Assembly: GCF_006345805.1 (NCBI RefSeq)
Contig: NW_021835999.1
Coordinates: 124,001-188,000 of the forward strand
DNA from: Octopus sinensis
Lineage: Eukaryota
Reading direction: 5' to 3'
DNA length: 64,000 nucleotides
The notes beneath the pieces were generated by a model that saw only the letters and a program-made list of their open reading frames with translations, was not told the origin of the DNA and did not search any database. Both the position numbers and the translations under genes were made by a program. The stretch's first letter is position 1, and each line of letters opens with the position of its first letter. This document shows, in pieces, positions 22,092 through 34,133 of this stretch.

Positions 22092-22580
22092 ATGCACGGT
22101 CTGAGGAAAATTCTACTTCGATACCACCCCTTCTATTTTCCTCTTAATTTTATTAATTTGCTTGGAATTTCGTTTATCACGTTGGGGGTTGTTTTTATTC
22201 TGATCTATTTTGGACTCGAAAAAAGCTTTTCCACAGAAATGACTATTAAAAAAATATTAGAAATGTTTGGAACTTGTCTCCTCATTGCCGGTGGCTTGGC
22301 AATTTTTGTCGTATTTGTGACCATTATATATAAATCTGAGAAAAGTCATATCTCTCAAATGGCCAATCCAAAAATGTTGGAAAATGAAAAAGAGTTGACT
22401 AACAACATGAAACTAAAAATGTATCAAAGTTTTGTTCATTTTGCTTCTCGGTGGCTTGTGCCAGTCCCTAAAGAACCGAACTGGCATCTCAAAATTAAAA
22501 TAAGAGAGGCAAATGAAAAGATCAAAAATCTCCACGAAAACCCCGAATATGTCGTGGAAACAGTTCAGCTCGAACGTTAA
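22092..22580 (+). CDS. Orphan 162-aa protein with two predicted transmembrane helices
   Basis: Uninterrupted ATG-TAA ORF in AT-rich DNA. Hydrophobic stretches FINLLGISFITLGVVFILIYFGL and FGTCLLIAGGLAIFVVFVTIIY. Confidence 0.6.
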   Translation: MHGLRKILLRYHPFYFPLNFINLLGISFITLGVVFILIYFGLEKSFSTEMTIKKILEMFGTCLLIAGGLAIFVVFVTIIYKSEKSHISQMANPKMLENEKELTNNMKLKMYQSFVHFASRWLVPVPKEPNWHLKIKIREANEKIKNLHENPEYVVETVQLER

Positions 22581-22694
22581 GACAATTTTTATAACTAAAT
22601 TGAGTCTTTTTGTTTACTAATGCGAATATTAAGTATTTTCGTTGTTTTTTTGCTAAAAGAAATGATATTTTTTTAATATTAAATATTTAAATTC

Positions 22695-23043
22695 ATGGAC
22701 GAAAATGACGTGGTAAGGATCATTTATGAAATATAATTTAAGTTCAAAGTATATACTCAATCATTCTACCTACAATATCCACTGCATAATAAAGCAGAGA
22801 TAGAATATCAGGTAAACTGAATATTTGACGTAGTAGATCTCACTTATAAGTAAATAATGTATTTTACTATTTAAGAGCCAAAAATGTACTTCTCTTATGA
22901 ATGATACAAGACTAAAGACTAGTAATATTTATTGTTTATTAATAAGTAATTTCACACATCAAACAAATTGCATTGCAAACTGCCCAACAAATGAGTCAAA
23001 TTGAATATCTATTGTCAAGCATTAATTGTTTTCAATGCAGCTG
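22695..23043 (+). other. Possible micro-intron gene, frame not fully resolved
   Basis: ATG followed by several 22-30-nt GT-AG segments gives MDENDVFKVYTQSFYLQYPLHNKAEIEYQ. The later frame needs an extra base in an A5 run. Confidence 0.3.
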
Positions 23044-23874
23044 ACTCTAATAAATTTTGTACTCTAACTCTATATTTGTTAATTATTTCTTCATTTGTTG
23101 GTTACTTGGCTTACATAAAGAGGGTAGTGGAGACCTTCATTTTTTGAGCAATTAAAAATGACTCTACCCACATTAGAAATTTTAGATATCGGAAAATGAA
23201 AAAAGTTCGTTAAAGACGGCTGTATCACCCATAATTGACTTAAATACGCTTCTCGTGGGAATGCATTTTCTCCTGACTTTTTGACTGCAAAAGGATAAGG
23301 AAAAATTGTGTTAAATCGAAGGTAAATCTTATATAACTTGTTGATATAAATCTCTTGTTTCCATTGTTAATAATTGTGAAAAAAGCGTTTGTAACCACGT
23401 TTTAAGATTTTCTATAGATTATGCACCATTTAGAATATTTCATAGTGATTCCCAATTCGTTTTGATTTGGTACCCGTAAATATTAGATTTAACAGAATTC
23501 GAATTTTATTCAAACAAATGTTATTTTTTTATTATTAACATTTGTTTGAATATCACAGAGCTATTCACTTTCATAGTCCTATTTGGAATTTTGCCTTGTC
23601 TATCACACTTGTCAATTTATAATTATTTGTGCTTAGCTTATACAGTAGACTATTCATTTAACGAAAATGAAAATTGAGCATTCGTTAAATGAATTTAACG
23701 AAAAAAATTGTTTAATTAAAAATGTGTCATGTAATCGGTAATTTTAGGTTCCTTCTTTTTAATTTTTGCCAATATATTTCTCAAATTTGTAATTAGGTGA
23801 ATATGTTCACCAGATTCTTGCAAAAAATATTTTTCCTGAAAATTTTCCTGAAGCCCTTGATTCGGAGTCAAGAA

Positions 23875-24417
23875 CTAATGTTTTTTTTGGAGTACATTTG
23901 AAAAAAGGGCAGTTTCATCGCAGTTGTAAAAATTTTTCGATCCATATTTTTTTAACATAGCTGCAAAGCGTTCATATGAATCTATAAGCAAAACGGGATC
24001 CACTAATTGTTCTTCTCCAGAAATCGTGAGTGTTTTTATTTTATACTCTTCCTTAAAGCGTGAAATCCATGGGTGAGATGCTTTGAAATTTTCAATATAA
24101 AATCGTTGAGCAATTTTGAGTGCCATTTCGCGTACCATTTCATTAGTTATGGTGTGATTACAGAAACGTTTGTTCGGAATCCATGCATATAGTGGTTCAT
24201 ATATCTTATCAGTACAACTTTTAAATGTAATATTCTTTTTTTGTTTGTGACGCCTTGATCCATACAATTGCATTTTCTTCAACGTTGAATTGATCACTCC
24301 AATAGGCATATTAAACCGCTGAGCCAATTTTTCTTGAGTAACATCAGGATTATTTTTCTTGAAATCAATAACTTCCAGTTTTTGTTGAATTTGATAAGTT
24401 TTTCTTTTTTTCTTCAT
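23875..24417 (-). pseudogene. Tigger-like transposase, truncated after the first catalytic Asp
   Basis: MKKKRKTYQIQQKLEVI HTH, FKASHPWISRFK, FYNCDETALF, then a stop. Confidence 0.85.
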
Positions 24418-24430
24418 ATTGTTCACCCTT

Positions 24431-27370
24431 TTTCTTAAGCATTCGAAACAATCTAATGAACTAACAATCCTTACCTTCAATGTCAGAGGTCTGAAAACCG
24501 TGGCTAAGAGGCACCTTCTATGTACTGATCTCGAAAAATACCAGGGCTCTATATGCTGTCTACAGGAGACTAAAGTAAAACACGGACTTGACGAAATACA
24601 CGGAAATTATCGCCTAATACTGCTTCCCTCAGAATCTATACATTATGGACAAGGATTCGCAATACACAAGAACCACACCTCCAGACTATATCGATATTGG
24701 AAAGTCAGCGATAGGATCAGCGTCTTACAACTACGTACAATCTCAAGCAGCAAGTCGAGGAGACTCACGTCAATTGTCAATGTCTACGCGCCACACAGTG
24801 GACGTATTCAAAAAAATCCAGAAGAACTTGATATCTTCTATGAGGAATTAGGAAGGACATTAACAGACCTCGGCTCTTCGTACTTTCTGTTTGTTGCCGG
24901 GGACTGGAATGCGAAAGTTGGAACCCGTAAGGGAAACGAAAGTTTTATTGGCCATCACGGAAGAGGAATCAGAAACTATCCAGGAACTGTTCTAGCTGAA
25001 TTCTGTCGGGTCTTTGACCTATTCCTATGCAACACCGGTTTCCAGCATCCCGCGCGTCACAAAACGACGTGGACTGGCCAACGACCCTCACCGACCGCAG
25101 GGTCCGTCAACATTTTCAACCAAATTGACTACATCGTCTGTCGAGCCGGGGAAAAATCGCTTCTCCGAGACTCAAGGTCTTATGGAGGTGCAGCTACTTA
25201 CAGTGATCATAAAATTGTCTCTGCCAAGTTTGCTATGAAGACATCAATTGACCTACGACGAAGGGGGCCCAACGCTGATGTAAGGATAAGGCATAAAATC
25301 GAACAACTGTGCTCATCTACGCTGGTCAGAGACAACTACCAACTGTCAATCATGAAATCTCTTGGAAACATAAATGCCGAACTTTCTCCAGGAGGTGCCT
25401 GGGCGGAGACAATGAAAGGGATCCTCTTGGCAGCCGACGAGGCAATTGGCCTTCGGTCGCAAGTACTATGCAACAAAGGTATACACTCTGATCTCCCTGC
25501 CCTCATCAAAGAACAAAAGGAGCTAAGACTACAACTGGAAAACACATCTGATCCGAAGAAGAAACAAATCTTACAGAATAGACGTTCATCTACCCAGAAA
25601 AAAATCAAAATGTTGAACAAGACAAACTTCACTAACAAACTCGACTTAATAGCTGCAGGAATTGAACAGCTAAAGGACTCTTCAAAAATGTTTACGGCAA
25701 TCCGCCTACTCAACAGGAAAAAACAAACTAACAAACTCAAAATCCATGACAGCAATGGAAGATTCATCACAAATCCCAAAGAGCAGGCTGAATATATAGC
25801 CTCGTATTTCGAGAGTATATTAACCGCTCACGGAGAAATATCCGATTACACCAGCGGATACACCACTCATCTCAGCCTACCTATCACCACCGGTGAAGTA
25901 TCAACTGCAATAGCCAAACTTAAAAATGGCCGCTCCTCTGGACCGGATGGAATAAATTCAGAACTGTTTAAATACGGACCGCCTGCACTAACAGACAAAC
26001 TGGCGGAGCTACTCAATGGTATGTTTATGAAAAAGGAATTCCTCGGTCTTGATTCCGGATTATTAATACCGATCCAAAAGCCTAACAAGCAGGCTGGGCC
26101 TGTCGAAAATCTACGCCCTATAATCTTGCTAAACACCTTACGGAAACTTTTGGGATTAGTTACACTGAACCGAATAAGAGAACAAGTGGACAACTATCTA
26201 TCCCCGAGTCATAGTGGATTTAGGACAGGAAGATCCACCGCCGATGCTGTCTGGGCCCACAAGTGGTACTGCGCTATCACCCAGAGATACAAAAGTGCAA
26301 CAACAGTCCTGGGAATAGACCTGTCTAGGGCCTTTGACACGGTACGCCGTGGTCTACTCCTCAAAATACTGGAACAATTCCTGGACCCTGACTCTGTCAA
26401 TATGATAAGAGTACTACTATCGAACACAAAGCTCAAGGTGCGGGTCGGCACGGCGTTTTCCCGTGAATTCACGTGCAACGTCGGTACCCCTCAGGGAGAC
26501 GCCCTCTCGCCGTTGCTATTCGTGATCTATCTGGAGACGGCACTACGAGACCTTCGAAAATTCTATGCTGGCAATATCGTCGAAATTGTATATGCAGATG
26601 ACGTCGACTTCGTGTCAGACGACAAATCGGCCTTACTTCGACTCCTTGAAGTGGCACCTGCTGAGCTGAACAGATGGTTCCTTAAAATGAACGTTGGAAA
26701 AACCGACATCGTTGAAATCATGAGGATGGAGAGCAGCTCAAGTGAAGCCTGGCGCAAAACGAACAAACTCGGTTCTCTACTTGGGGACGGCCATGATATT
26801 GTCAGAAGAAAGGCTCTCGCTTGGGCCACGATGAACAAGATAAAGAAAGAGTGGATCGGCAAACGACGACTCTGTACGTCACTTCGTCTGAGGATGTATG
26901 AAGCCTTTGTCAAACCAATCCTGACATATAATTCGGCGACCTGGGGAATGTCTAGTACTGAACAACGTGGACTCGATTCTTTTCACCGCAGGCAACTTAG
27001 ATCCCTACTGGGATTGAACTGGCCTATAAGAATCAACCAGGAATCGCTATACAATAGATGCAGAACTGGCCCTCTGAGTGTGGAAATCGTCAATATGCGG
27101 TGGAGGTTATTTGGCCATATTCTACGAATGGACATGCTTGCCCCAGCTAACATAGCAATGGAGGGCTACTTCCTGAAAGAGGGATCGAGCTTCCGTGGAC
27201 GTCCACGTGTTACGCTGCCGGAAACACTTGACGGAGACCTGAAATGTGTGAAGAAAAGGCTAAGGAGTGGTGAGGATCTGGACGAGCTGAGGAAACTCGC
27301 TCACGACAGAGGAGGTTGGAGGAGGCTGGTTCAAAGGATTGTTTTTAATGCTGCACGAGTAAAATTATAA
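24431..27370 (+). CDS. APE endonuclease + RT ORF (no ATG at the 5' end, probably slightly 5'-truncated)
   Basis: TFNVRGL, LQET, GDWNA, IDYI, SDH; PQGDALSP; YADD; RTE-type C-terminus. No internal stops. Confidence 0.92.
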   Translation, partial: FLKHSKQSNELTILTFNVRGLKTVAKRHLLCTDLEKYQGSICCLQETKVKHGLDEIHGNYRLILLPSESIHYGQGFAIHKNHTSRLYRYWKVSDRISVLQLRTISSSKSRRLTSIVNVYAPHSGRIQKNPEELDIFYEELGRTLTDLGSSYFLFVAGDWNAKVGTRKGNESFIGHHGRGIRNYPGTVLAEFCRVFDLFLCNTGFQHPARHKTTWTGQRPSPTAGSVNIFNQIDYIVCRAGEKSLLRDSRSYGGAATYSDHKIVSAKFAMKTSIDLRRRGPNADVRIRHKIEQLCSSTLVRDNYQLSIMKSLGNINAELSPGGAWAETMKGILLAADEAIGLRSQVLCNKGIHSDLPALIKEQKELRLQLENTSDPKKKQILQNRRSSTQKKIKMLNKTNFTNKLDLIAAGIEQLKDSSKMFTAIRLLNRKKQTNKLKIHDSNGRFITNPKEQAEYIASYFESILTAHGEISDYTSGYTTHLSLPITTGEVSTAIAKLKNGRSSGPDGINSELFKYGPPALTDKLAELLNGMFMKKEFLGLDSGLLIPIQKPNKQAGPVENLRPIILLNTLRKLLGLVTLNRIREQVDNYLSPSHSGFRTGRSTADAVWAHKWYCAITQRYKSATTVLGIDLSRAFDTVRRGLLLKILEQFLDPDSVNMIRVLLSNTKLKVRVGTAFSREFTCNVGTPQGDALSPLLFVIYLETALRDLRKFYAGNIVEIVYADDVDFVSDDKSALLRLLEVAPAELNRWFLKMNVGKTDIVEIMRMESSSSEAWRKTNKLGSLLGDGHDIVRRKALAWATMNKIKKEWIGKRRLCTSLRLRMYEAFVKPILTYNSATWGMSSTEQRGLDSFHRRQLRSLLGLNWPIRINQESLYNRCRTGPLSVEIVNMRWRLFGHILRMDMLAPANIAMEGYFLKEGSSFRGRPRVTLPETLDGDLKCVKKRLRSGEDLDELRKLAHDRGGWRRLVQRIVFNAARVKL

Positions 27371-27414
27371 CTAATATGATTCTACGTATGTTGCAAATAA
27401 TAATAATAATAATA
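24431..27414 (+). mobile_element. RTE-clade non-LTR retrotransposon, near full length
   Basis: 13-bp TSD ATTGTTCACCCTT (24418-24430, 27415-27427) and a (TAA)n tail. Confidence 0.95.
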
Positions 27415-28650
27415 ATTGTTCACCCTTGCACACATGGTTTACTACAAAGAAATAGCGAGGAAAAATTATTTTAAAATTTTATCAAAAATTTTAATTTTCG
27501 TTATTTAAATATTCGTTAAATATATTTAAATATTCACTACTACAAAGAAAAAAAATTTTATTTTTGAATTTATCTAAGGAAAAACGTAAAAAAATATTTT
27601 GACTTTCGTAAAATGAATATTTTCGTTAAATTTTTTTTCGTTAAATGGATAGTCTACTGTATTTAGGGAATTCAGTCAAATTGAGAAAAAATACATCGAG
27701 GCGGAATGCACTTCAAGAACTCCTTTATTCGTTAGTATGTATAAAAAACCGTTTTTCTGTCCACAATTACTATTTCGAATTTGAAAGCGGCAGTTCTAAT
27801 CGGAAAATAGCCAAGTGAACTTTGAGTGTGTCGATTAAAGTCACAATCATCTAGAAAAATCGAAATATAATTAAAAGCGAGAAGTGGAGCACTCAATCAG
27901 TGCTTGAGATTAAAAAGATGTTTCTACTTGTGCTGAGAAAAGGTAGAAAGGGAATAGTGGTATAGCATTCAGCAAGCTCCAGTCAAGATAAAAAAGTGAA
28001 GCAGTATTTGGCTAGACGGCGGGTAGACTAAGTAATGATTACTAGAAAATGACTGCATATTTAGACTATCTTGATATAGCCATTAAAAACTTTTTAAAGA
28101 CTAATTTATTGATTTTGAAGTCTTTCTCATCTTTTCTCTTGGATTTCAAAGCCGTAATTGTTTAAACCGAGAATTTATTATCCAAAGTTTAAAAAATGTA
28201 GTCAGTTTTTGTTTTTGCATGAAAATTTTAAATATTATTTGCACGAGTTATGTACTGAATAATCGTTTTTTATTCGAGCTATTGTGTGATGTGTTCGTTT
28301 CATATTTACAATTAAGTGCTCTGTATGAATAATTTTTCAGTAGTCTAGGAATTTCTACTTTTTTAAAAGCAATAAATTTAGTTCAAAATCGAGGTTTTCA
28401 TTTAAAAAATATTTATTTTTAGTAGAGATACTAAAAATGTTTCAAAAACTTGAATATTCAATAACCGATTTGTTTTACTATTTCGGCAACTTTTGTGATC
28501 TAGAAAAGTGACAACCCAAAACAATTTTATTTTAATTATCGTTTCTAATCATATTTTAGAAAAACCATTGACAATTAAATCATAACTACCAAAAACTACT
28601 GACATTATACAAAATATCGTTGAGTTCAAAACCAAATAGAATCAATCAAG

Positions 28651-29183
28651 TTAAGCATTATTAAGGAAAGGCCGAACAGGTCTGGACATGGCATAGGCAT
28701 CTTCCCCGTCTGCGTAGTATTTGGGCTCCACATTGGTCACACTAAAACCAAGACTGTTGTTATAGAGATTGTAGGCAGGACGATTGGATATGCGGACATG
28801 CAAGGTCACCTTCTCTGCTCCAAAACACTCGTCCATTGCCTGGCAGGCCAATTCCATCAGTTTCCTGGCAATTCCGTACTTTCGGTATGTCCGCTTTACA
28901 GCCTGGGAATGTTTAAATGCACTACCAGGGAGGTGATATGTCCGTGGGGTGCCTGGACAGCCTCCTCTTCCATTTTGGCCAAGACATATCCCACGATTTG
29001 ATTCCCTGATTCAGCAACGTAGGAGATTTGTGGCCATGAAAGAAGATGGTAGGAGTAGTATTTAAGTTGGTAGTTCTCGGGGAGGCACAAAAGATTACAA
29101 TGCTGCATTTTTATTAAATCTTCCACCTTTTTTCTATGTGTTTATGACAAGGTTCAAACCTTAGCTCGCCGGATTGCAATCAT
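28651..29183 (-). CDS. NAA10: N-alpha-acetyltransferase 10 (NatA catalytic subunit, ARD1), 158 aa, 3 exons
   Basis: Introns 29127-29159 (33 nt) and 28903-28925 (23 nt) give [32 protein letters not shown]...[17 protein letters not shown]...LHVRISN...[11 protein letters not shown]. Confidence 0.96.
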
Positions 29184-29224
29184 AACAAAAACACACCTGC
29201 AACGTTTATTTATTTATATTATTA

Positions 29225-29720
29225 TCCTTTTAATTTTTTATAACCAAAATGTCCCTCGGTCTAACCTCAGGATGTGTCCAAAAAGTCTCCAGCAAGAGCT
29301 AATAATCTCGCAACTTATTGGCGTACAGTCACACTTATTGTATAGTCTACTCTGTGAGATCCTGGATGGCCAGGAAATTCCAGATATGTTTTTTAGATGA
29401 TTCATGTAAAACGAGTCGAGCCTCCCCAATTCCTCATTTGTTGTTCTCCATGTCCCAGAGTTGTATAAGAGGATTGGTTTGATAAATGTGTTGTATAGCA
29501 TTATTCTTTGTTTTTTGTTATTCCCTTTCCGTTATGGCCATAGGTTTTTCAGCCTGTTTAATGCCGCGTTTGGCAACATTTTTCCTCATATGATATCCCC
29601 ACTGTCTCCTAATAGAGAGCCGAGTTTATTAGTGTTTCTCTATTTCTCTTCGACTGGGTTATTCATTCATATTATTTCTGTCCATTCTGTTTTTTCCCTG
29701 TTCACGTAGAGAAATTATTA
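29225..29720 (-). pseudogene. RTE-type non-LTR retrotransposon 3' RT fragment (copy B)
   Basis: ORF 29238-29501: KPILLYNSGTW..LDSF...ISWP.RISQ..LYNKC...WRLFGHILRLD. Ends in an AT-rich tail just upstream of NAA10. Confidence 0.8.
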
Positions 29721-29969
29721 CCAAATATATCTGGTGAATTCTTTTGGTTGGGGTCATTCTGAGTGGGAAATCATGCCGATTTTAGAACACATAAGTTAAT
29801 TATGTCTAGTTTGAAATCTCATTGTTGATTAAACTTTATTTCGTTGTCTCTACAAAATAAAATCATTACATGTGTGATACATTAGTTTGATCTATTGATT
29901 AGCGTCGACTTTATTTATTTTATTTATTTATTAGGACCAAAAACACTGTCATACTCATAATTAACTATT

Positions 29970-31608
29970 TCAGGTGATCCCAGTCTCTTTTAAAAACCTT
30001 CGCATCTTTTCTCTGTATTCTACAGCGCATTGTCTAGGACAGGGGTGAAATTCCAATAATTTCAATAATTCAATTTGAAATTCCAATGGCGCATTCTCAA
30101 TCGAAACAGTATGTGGTACTGCAGTTAATTGAAGTTTGAGTTCAATTTTTTTAGTTTCGTTAAATCGCTCTTCAAATTGTTTCAAAATATAATCGAATAT
30201 AGTATTAAATGTATTTGGTGTAAGATCGTCATAATTAATTATTTTGTCATCAATGAGATTTTTGACTTTTTGAAAATGAAATAATTCATTTTTTATGTGA
30301 ATCTTCAGTAGGCGGCATTTATCCATAAAATCGTTAATTTTTTTATACATTCGGCAAATTGTTTGGTCTTCACCTTGCAAAGATATATTCAAATTATTGA
30401 TATATGTGAGTACATCAACCGGAAATGCTAAGTCAATTAAGAATTTTTTTTAATCCAAAAGACACTCTTTTTGCTTTGATGAGTAAAAGTTTGATATTTC
30501 TTTTCGTAAATCAAGCACACGACATGTTGTTTCACCTTGTGAAGCCATCGAACTTGTGCATGGTATAAAATGTCTTCAGCAGATATTTCGAAACTGTCTA
30601 TGTCTCAATGCATTGTTTCGGATATATATAATAATCTGTTTTACTTCATTAAGTGTATCTTCAAATTTTTTCATTTGTGAACAAAGTGCTTGTTGGTGAA
30701 TAATACAATGTACACCAATAACTGATTTATTGTTATACTCTTCTGAGACATATTCAGTTAGGCGTGCAACAAATCCTTGTTTTCTACCCAACATTGCTGG
30801 TGCGCCATCTGTGCATATTCCTCTTAGACATGTCATGTCCAATTTGAATTCCAAACAACATTGTTTAACTATTTAAAATATATCTTGACCCCGTACATTT
30901 CCAGGTAGTGACTTCATGGATAGAAAATTCTCATGTATTTCAAAATCGAAGGATAGAGTACGAATAAATATGATCAGCTGAGCAGAATCACATATATCAT
31001 TCGACTCATCAATGGCAAGTGAAAATAATGTAGTTTGAGAATTTAATTTTTGTAGGAGTGATAGATTAAGATGCTCGGCAATATGAAACTGTCGGCGCTG
31101 AATTGTGTCACGTGAAAGTGGAATTGCTTCAAAGTTATGCTCCTTGTCGGGATCAATGCATTTAACTGATTCCATGATACATCTTTTCACAAGTTTTCAG
31201 TCTAAAAAAGGTTTTCCAGCAGATCCAAGGATATGAGCAACTCGAAAGGATGCTTCAACTCTTGCATTTGCCACATTTAAAAGTTTTTAAACATTTTTTT
31301 TGTTGTCTTAATTTGTATTTCAAATTTTCGACGGAATCTTTTCTTGAACACTTGGACTTGACAACTGGGTGGTCTAAATGTCTTTGAAAATGTTGTTTAG
31401 CATTGTCCCGTTTAATAGTTTTCACAATCTCATGGCACAATAAGCATTGCATGCTATTGTTGTCTGTTTCGACTACGAAGTATTCACTTTCCCAGTTGAT
31501 ATTAAATTTTCTTTTTTCTTCATTAAAAGAACGTCGTCTTTTAACAGGTAATGACATAAATAAATTAAGCCGTTTATGATAATTCGCTAGAAAGTTTACA
31601 ATCTCCAT
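29970..31608 (-). pseudogene. hAT transposase remnant, copy B
   Basis: Same motifs as copy A (ORFs 31255-31608, 30873-31190, 30576-30854, 29970-30392). Confidence 0.9.
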
Positions 31609-32524
31609 TTGAATATTGTCAATTTTTTTTGATATTTGTATATGCTAGATTGATTCCCATACTGTTAATCCGTTACCAATTGTCGGTTTAATGTATTGGG
31701 TGTATAGAGATTCTAATCCGTAAGTTCCTTTGGCATCTTTAAGTTTCCAAGAAATGCTTTAAGAAAGTTTAGTTTCTTACTGCATTTTGTCAACACGTTT
31801 TCCGTATGGGGAGTAGAGGTTAGAAAGGTGTCAAAGGTGATCCCTAGTATTTTTAGAGTTTTATTTTGAGGAATTGATTTCCCTTTCATGGTCACATTTA
31901 TCGACAAATTCCCCAGTCTTTTGTTAGTTGTGAAAAAAATTAGCTCAGACTTTTCCGGGCTTGCTTTCAACAGATCGCCATTGAGACATATACACATGTT
32001 ATTTATATTTTTCTGTAATCTTCTTGTAGCTTTGCTGACACATATTATATCATCCCTCGATGCAACGATTATATAATCCGCATATAATAGTAAAATGTCA
32101 TTCTTTTTTTCAAGAAGAGGCATATCATTTAACATTAGGTTGAATAATAAAGGGGATAGGGGGAACCTTGTGGCACTCCATTCGGGGGATAGGGGGAAAT
32201 CCTCAATTTATAAATGTACTAAGTCTCACAAATAACGATTTTAACTATTATAAAACCTTCTTATACCAAAATTTAAAGTTTATCAATGACAATTTAAATT
32301 CTTTGGGACTATTGGTTTGTATTTTTAAATCAGCTTTCATGGGAATTAATTTGAAAATGTTAGCAGGTAAAAGAGTGCGTGTTAAAAACATAGTTGGATT
32401 ATTAAAAATATAATAAATATACTAGTTGTAGCCTTGATGTATTAAAGTTCTTTGAACTGCCGATTTAAGTAAAATAAATGCGGTTTTTCTTAGCCTATAA
32501 ATACGATTTTACGAAAGATTATTA

Positions 32525-33092
32525 ATGTCGGCACAGAAGAATTGTGAATGCATGAGGATTCCATGTATTTGTGTAAAACAAGAATGCTCCCGTACTGAGT
32601 TTGAATTTATCTTGCCCAGGGGAAAAAACGACTGACAATGTATCGTCCTGTCAACAAAATGAAACACAACCGACTAGATATAGTGATTTCAATAATCAAA
32701 GTTATTCGACTGGGTCGAATGATTTAAATAATTTCCAAAATTTGTATTCTCAGCAATCGAACCAGAATTTTCAACAACAGTCAAATCAAGCTTGGCAAAG
32801 AAAGCAAATTCGTTTATTATTTAAAATTATTTTAAGGTGTCATTGACTATTCAGACTTAACCGAAAAGGATTTTAGCGAAGCATTCTTACCAAGTTTGGA
32901 TTACAAAGTTGAAGAGAAACCAAATTCTCTTTGTAAGACCTTTTATAGTAAAAAATGTAAAAAAGGTTAGTTTTTATCAGTTTTAAATTATATTTAGATA
33001 AGAAAGATGACCCGGGTAAATTTAATGATATTAATTAAACATATTTAGATGATCTTCCGACTTTCAGCCTTGATTGGCTTCTTGATGAATAA
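32525..33092 (+). CDS. Orphan five-exon protein, copy B
   Basis: All splice sites and the frame are retained. Coding differences seen: L>S, I>T, Y>C and one synonymous change. Confidence 0.8.
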
Positions 33093-33346
33093 TGGCTGTT
33101 TCTTCTTTGCTTTCTTTTCCTAATAAATGCTTTGACCTTTAATTAGTATTTACTTTGATGATTATATAATCTTGAATTTGGTGATCTTAATAATAAAATG
33201 GTATGGTGTGTGTCTGTCTGTCTGTGTGTACACACCAACTTCAAATTGGCAAAGTACAGATAAATTGTCAAAATCTTTCCCCCTTATAATTAGCCAATAA
33301 TGGGGAACAAGCTTAAAATCATGAACTCCTCCAAGAATCTTCCACC

Positions 33347-33860
33347 CTACGATGTCCTCGACTTACATGATGAGGTCCTTGAAACCTTCCCCCCAAAAAA
33401 AAATTAAAAAAAATTTTCTGCATTTTGGTTAAAATGAACAACTACGATGTCCTCGACTTGCATGATGAGGTCCTTAAAACCTTCCCCCCAAAAAAAATTA
33501 AAAAAAATTTTCTGCATTTTGGTTAAAATGAACAACTACGATGTCCTCGACTTACATGATGAGGTCCTTGAAACCTTCCCCCCAAAAAAAAATTAAAAAA
33601 AAATTTTCTGCATTTTGGTTAAAATGAACAACTACGATGTCCTCGACTTGCATGATGAGGTCCTTAAAACCTTCCCCCCAAAAAAATTAAAAAAAAATTT
33701 CTGCATTTTGGTTAAAATGAACAACTACGATGTTCTCGACTTACATGATGAGGTCCTTAAAACCTTCCCGCCAAAAAATCAAAAAATTATTTTCTGCATT
33801 TGATTAAAATGAACAACGTTAATGTCCTCGACATTCATGATGAGGTCCATTAAAACCTTC
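33347..33860 (+). repeat. Tandem array of ~5.5 units of ~95 bp inside the Helitron
   Basis: CTACGATGTCCTCGACTT recurs at 33347, 33442, 33536, 33632 and 33725, with a degenerate unit at ~33818. Confidence 0.95.
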
Positions 33861-34133
33861 GAGGCAAAAATCTCACGTATTAAGAATATCCTTGATGAAA
33901 ACGACAGCGAGAATATTAACAATGATGAACTCCCAATTATTCGCGATAAAGAAATTCAATTCATCCTATGATTTTCTCTTTAAAATTAAATGAATATATC
34001 ATTATCTACCATGAATCAAAATTAAAGCTATTATCATATTTGACTTTGACAGAATGTGCAATTACAGATTGCACGACCTTGAATAGAGTGTGCAATTAAC
34101 AGATTTTGAAAAACACTTTGATAGTTGAAACCA

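Larger units (their letters stand above)
23643..27659 (-). mobile_element. Tigger/pogo-like element with nested RTE insertion
   Basis: 25-bp TIR CAGTAGACTAT(T/C)CATTTAACGAAAA with TA TSD on both sides. Confidence 0.92.

Noticed and set aside
27661-28650. Possible MULE/FLYWCH remnant (HNH-like peptide)
   Set aside because: Too decayed to support.
33347-33860. Regular repeats as a possible CRISPR array
   Set aside because: The units are contiguous ~95-bp tandem copies with no unique spacers, no cas genes, and a eukaryotic context.
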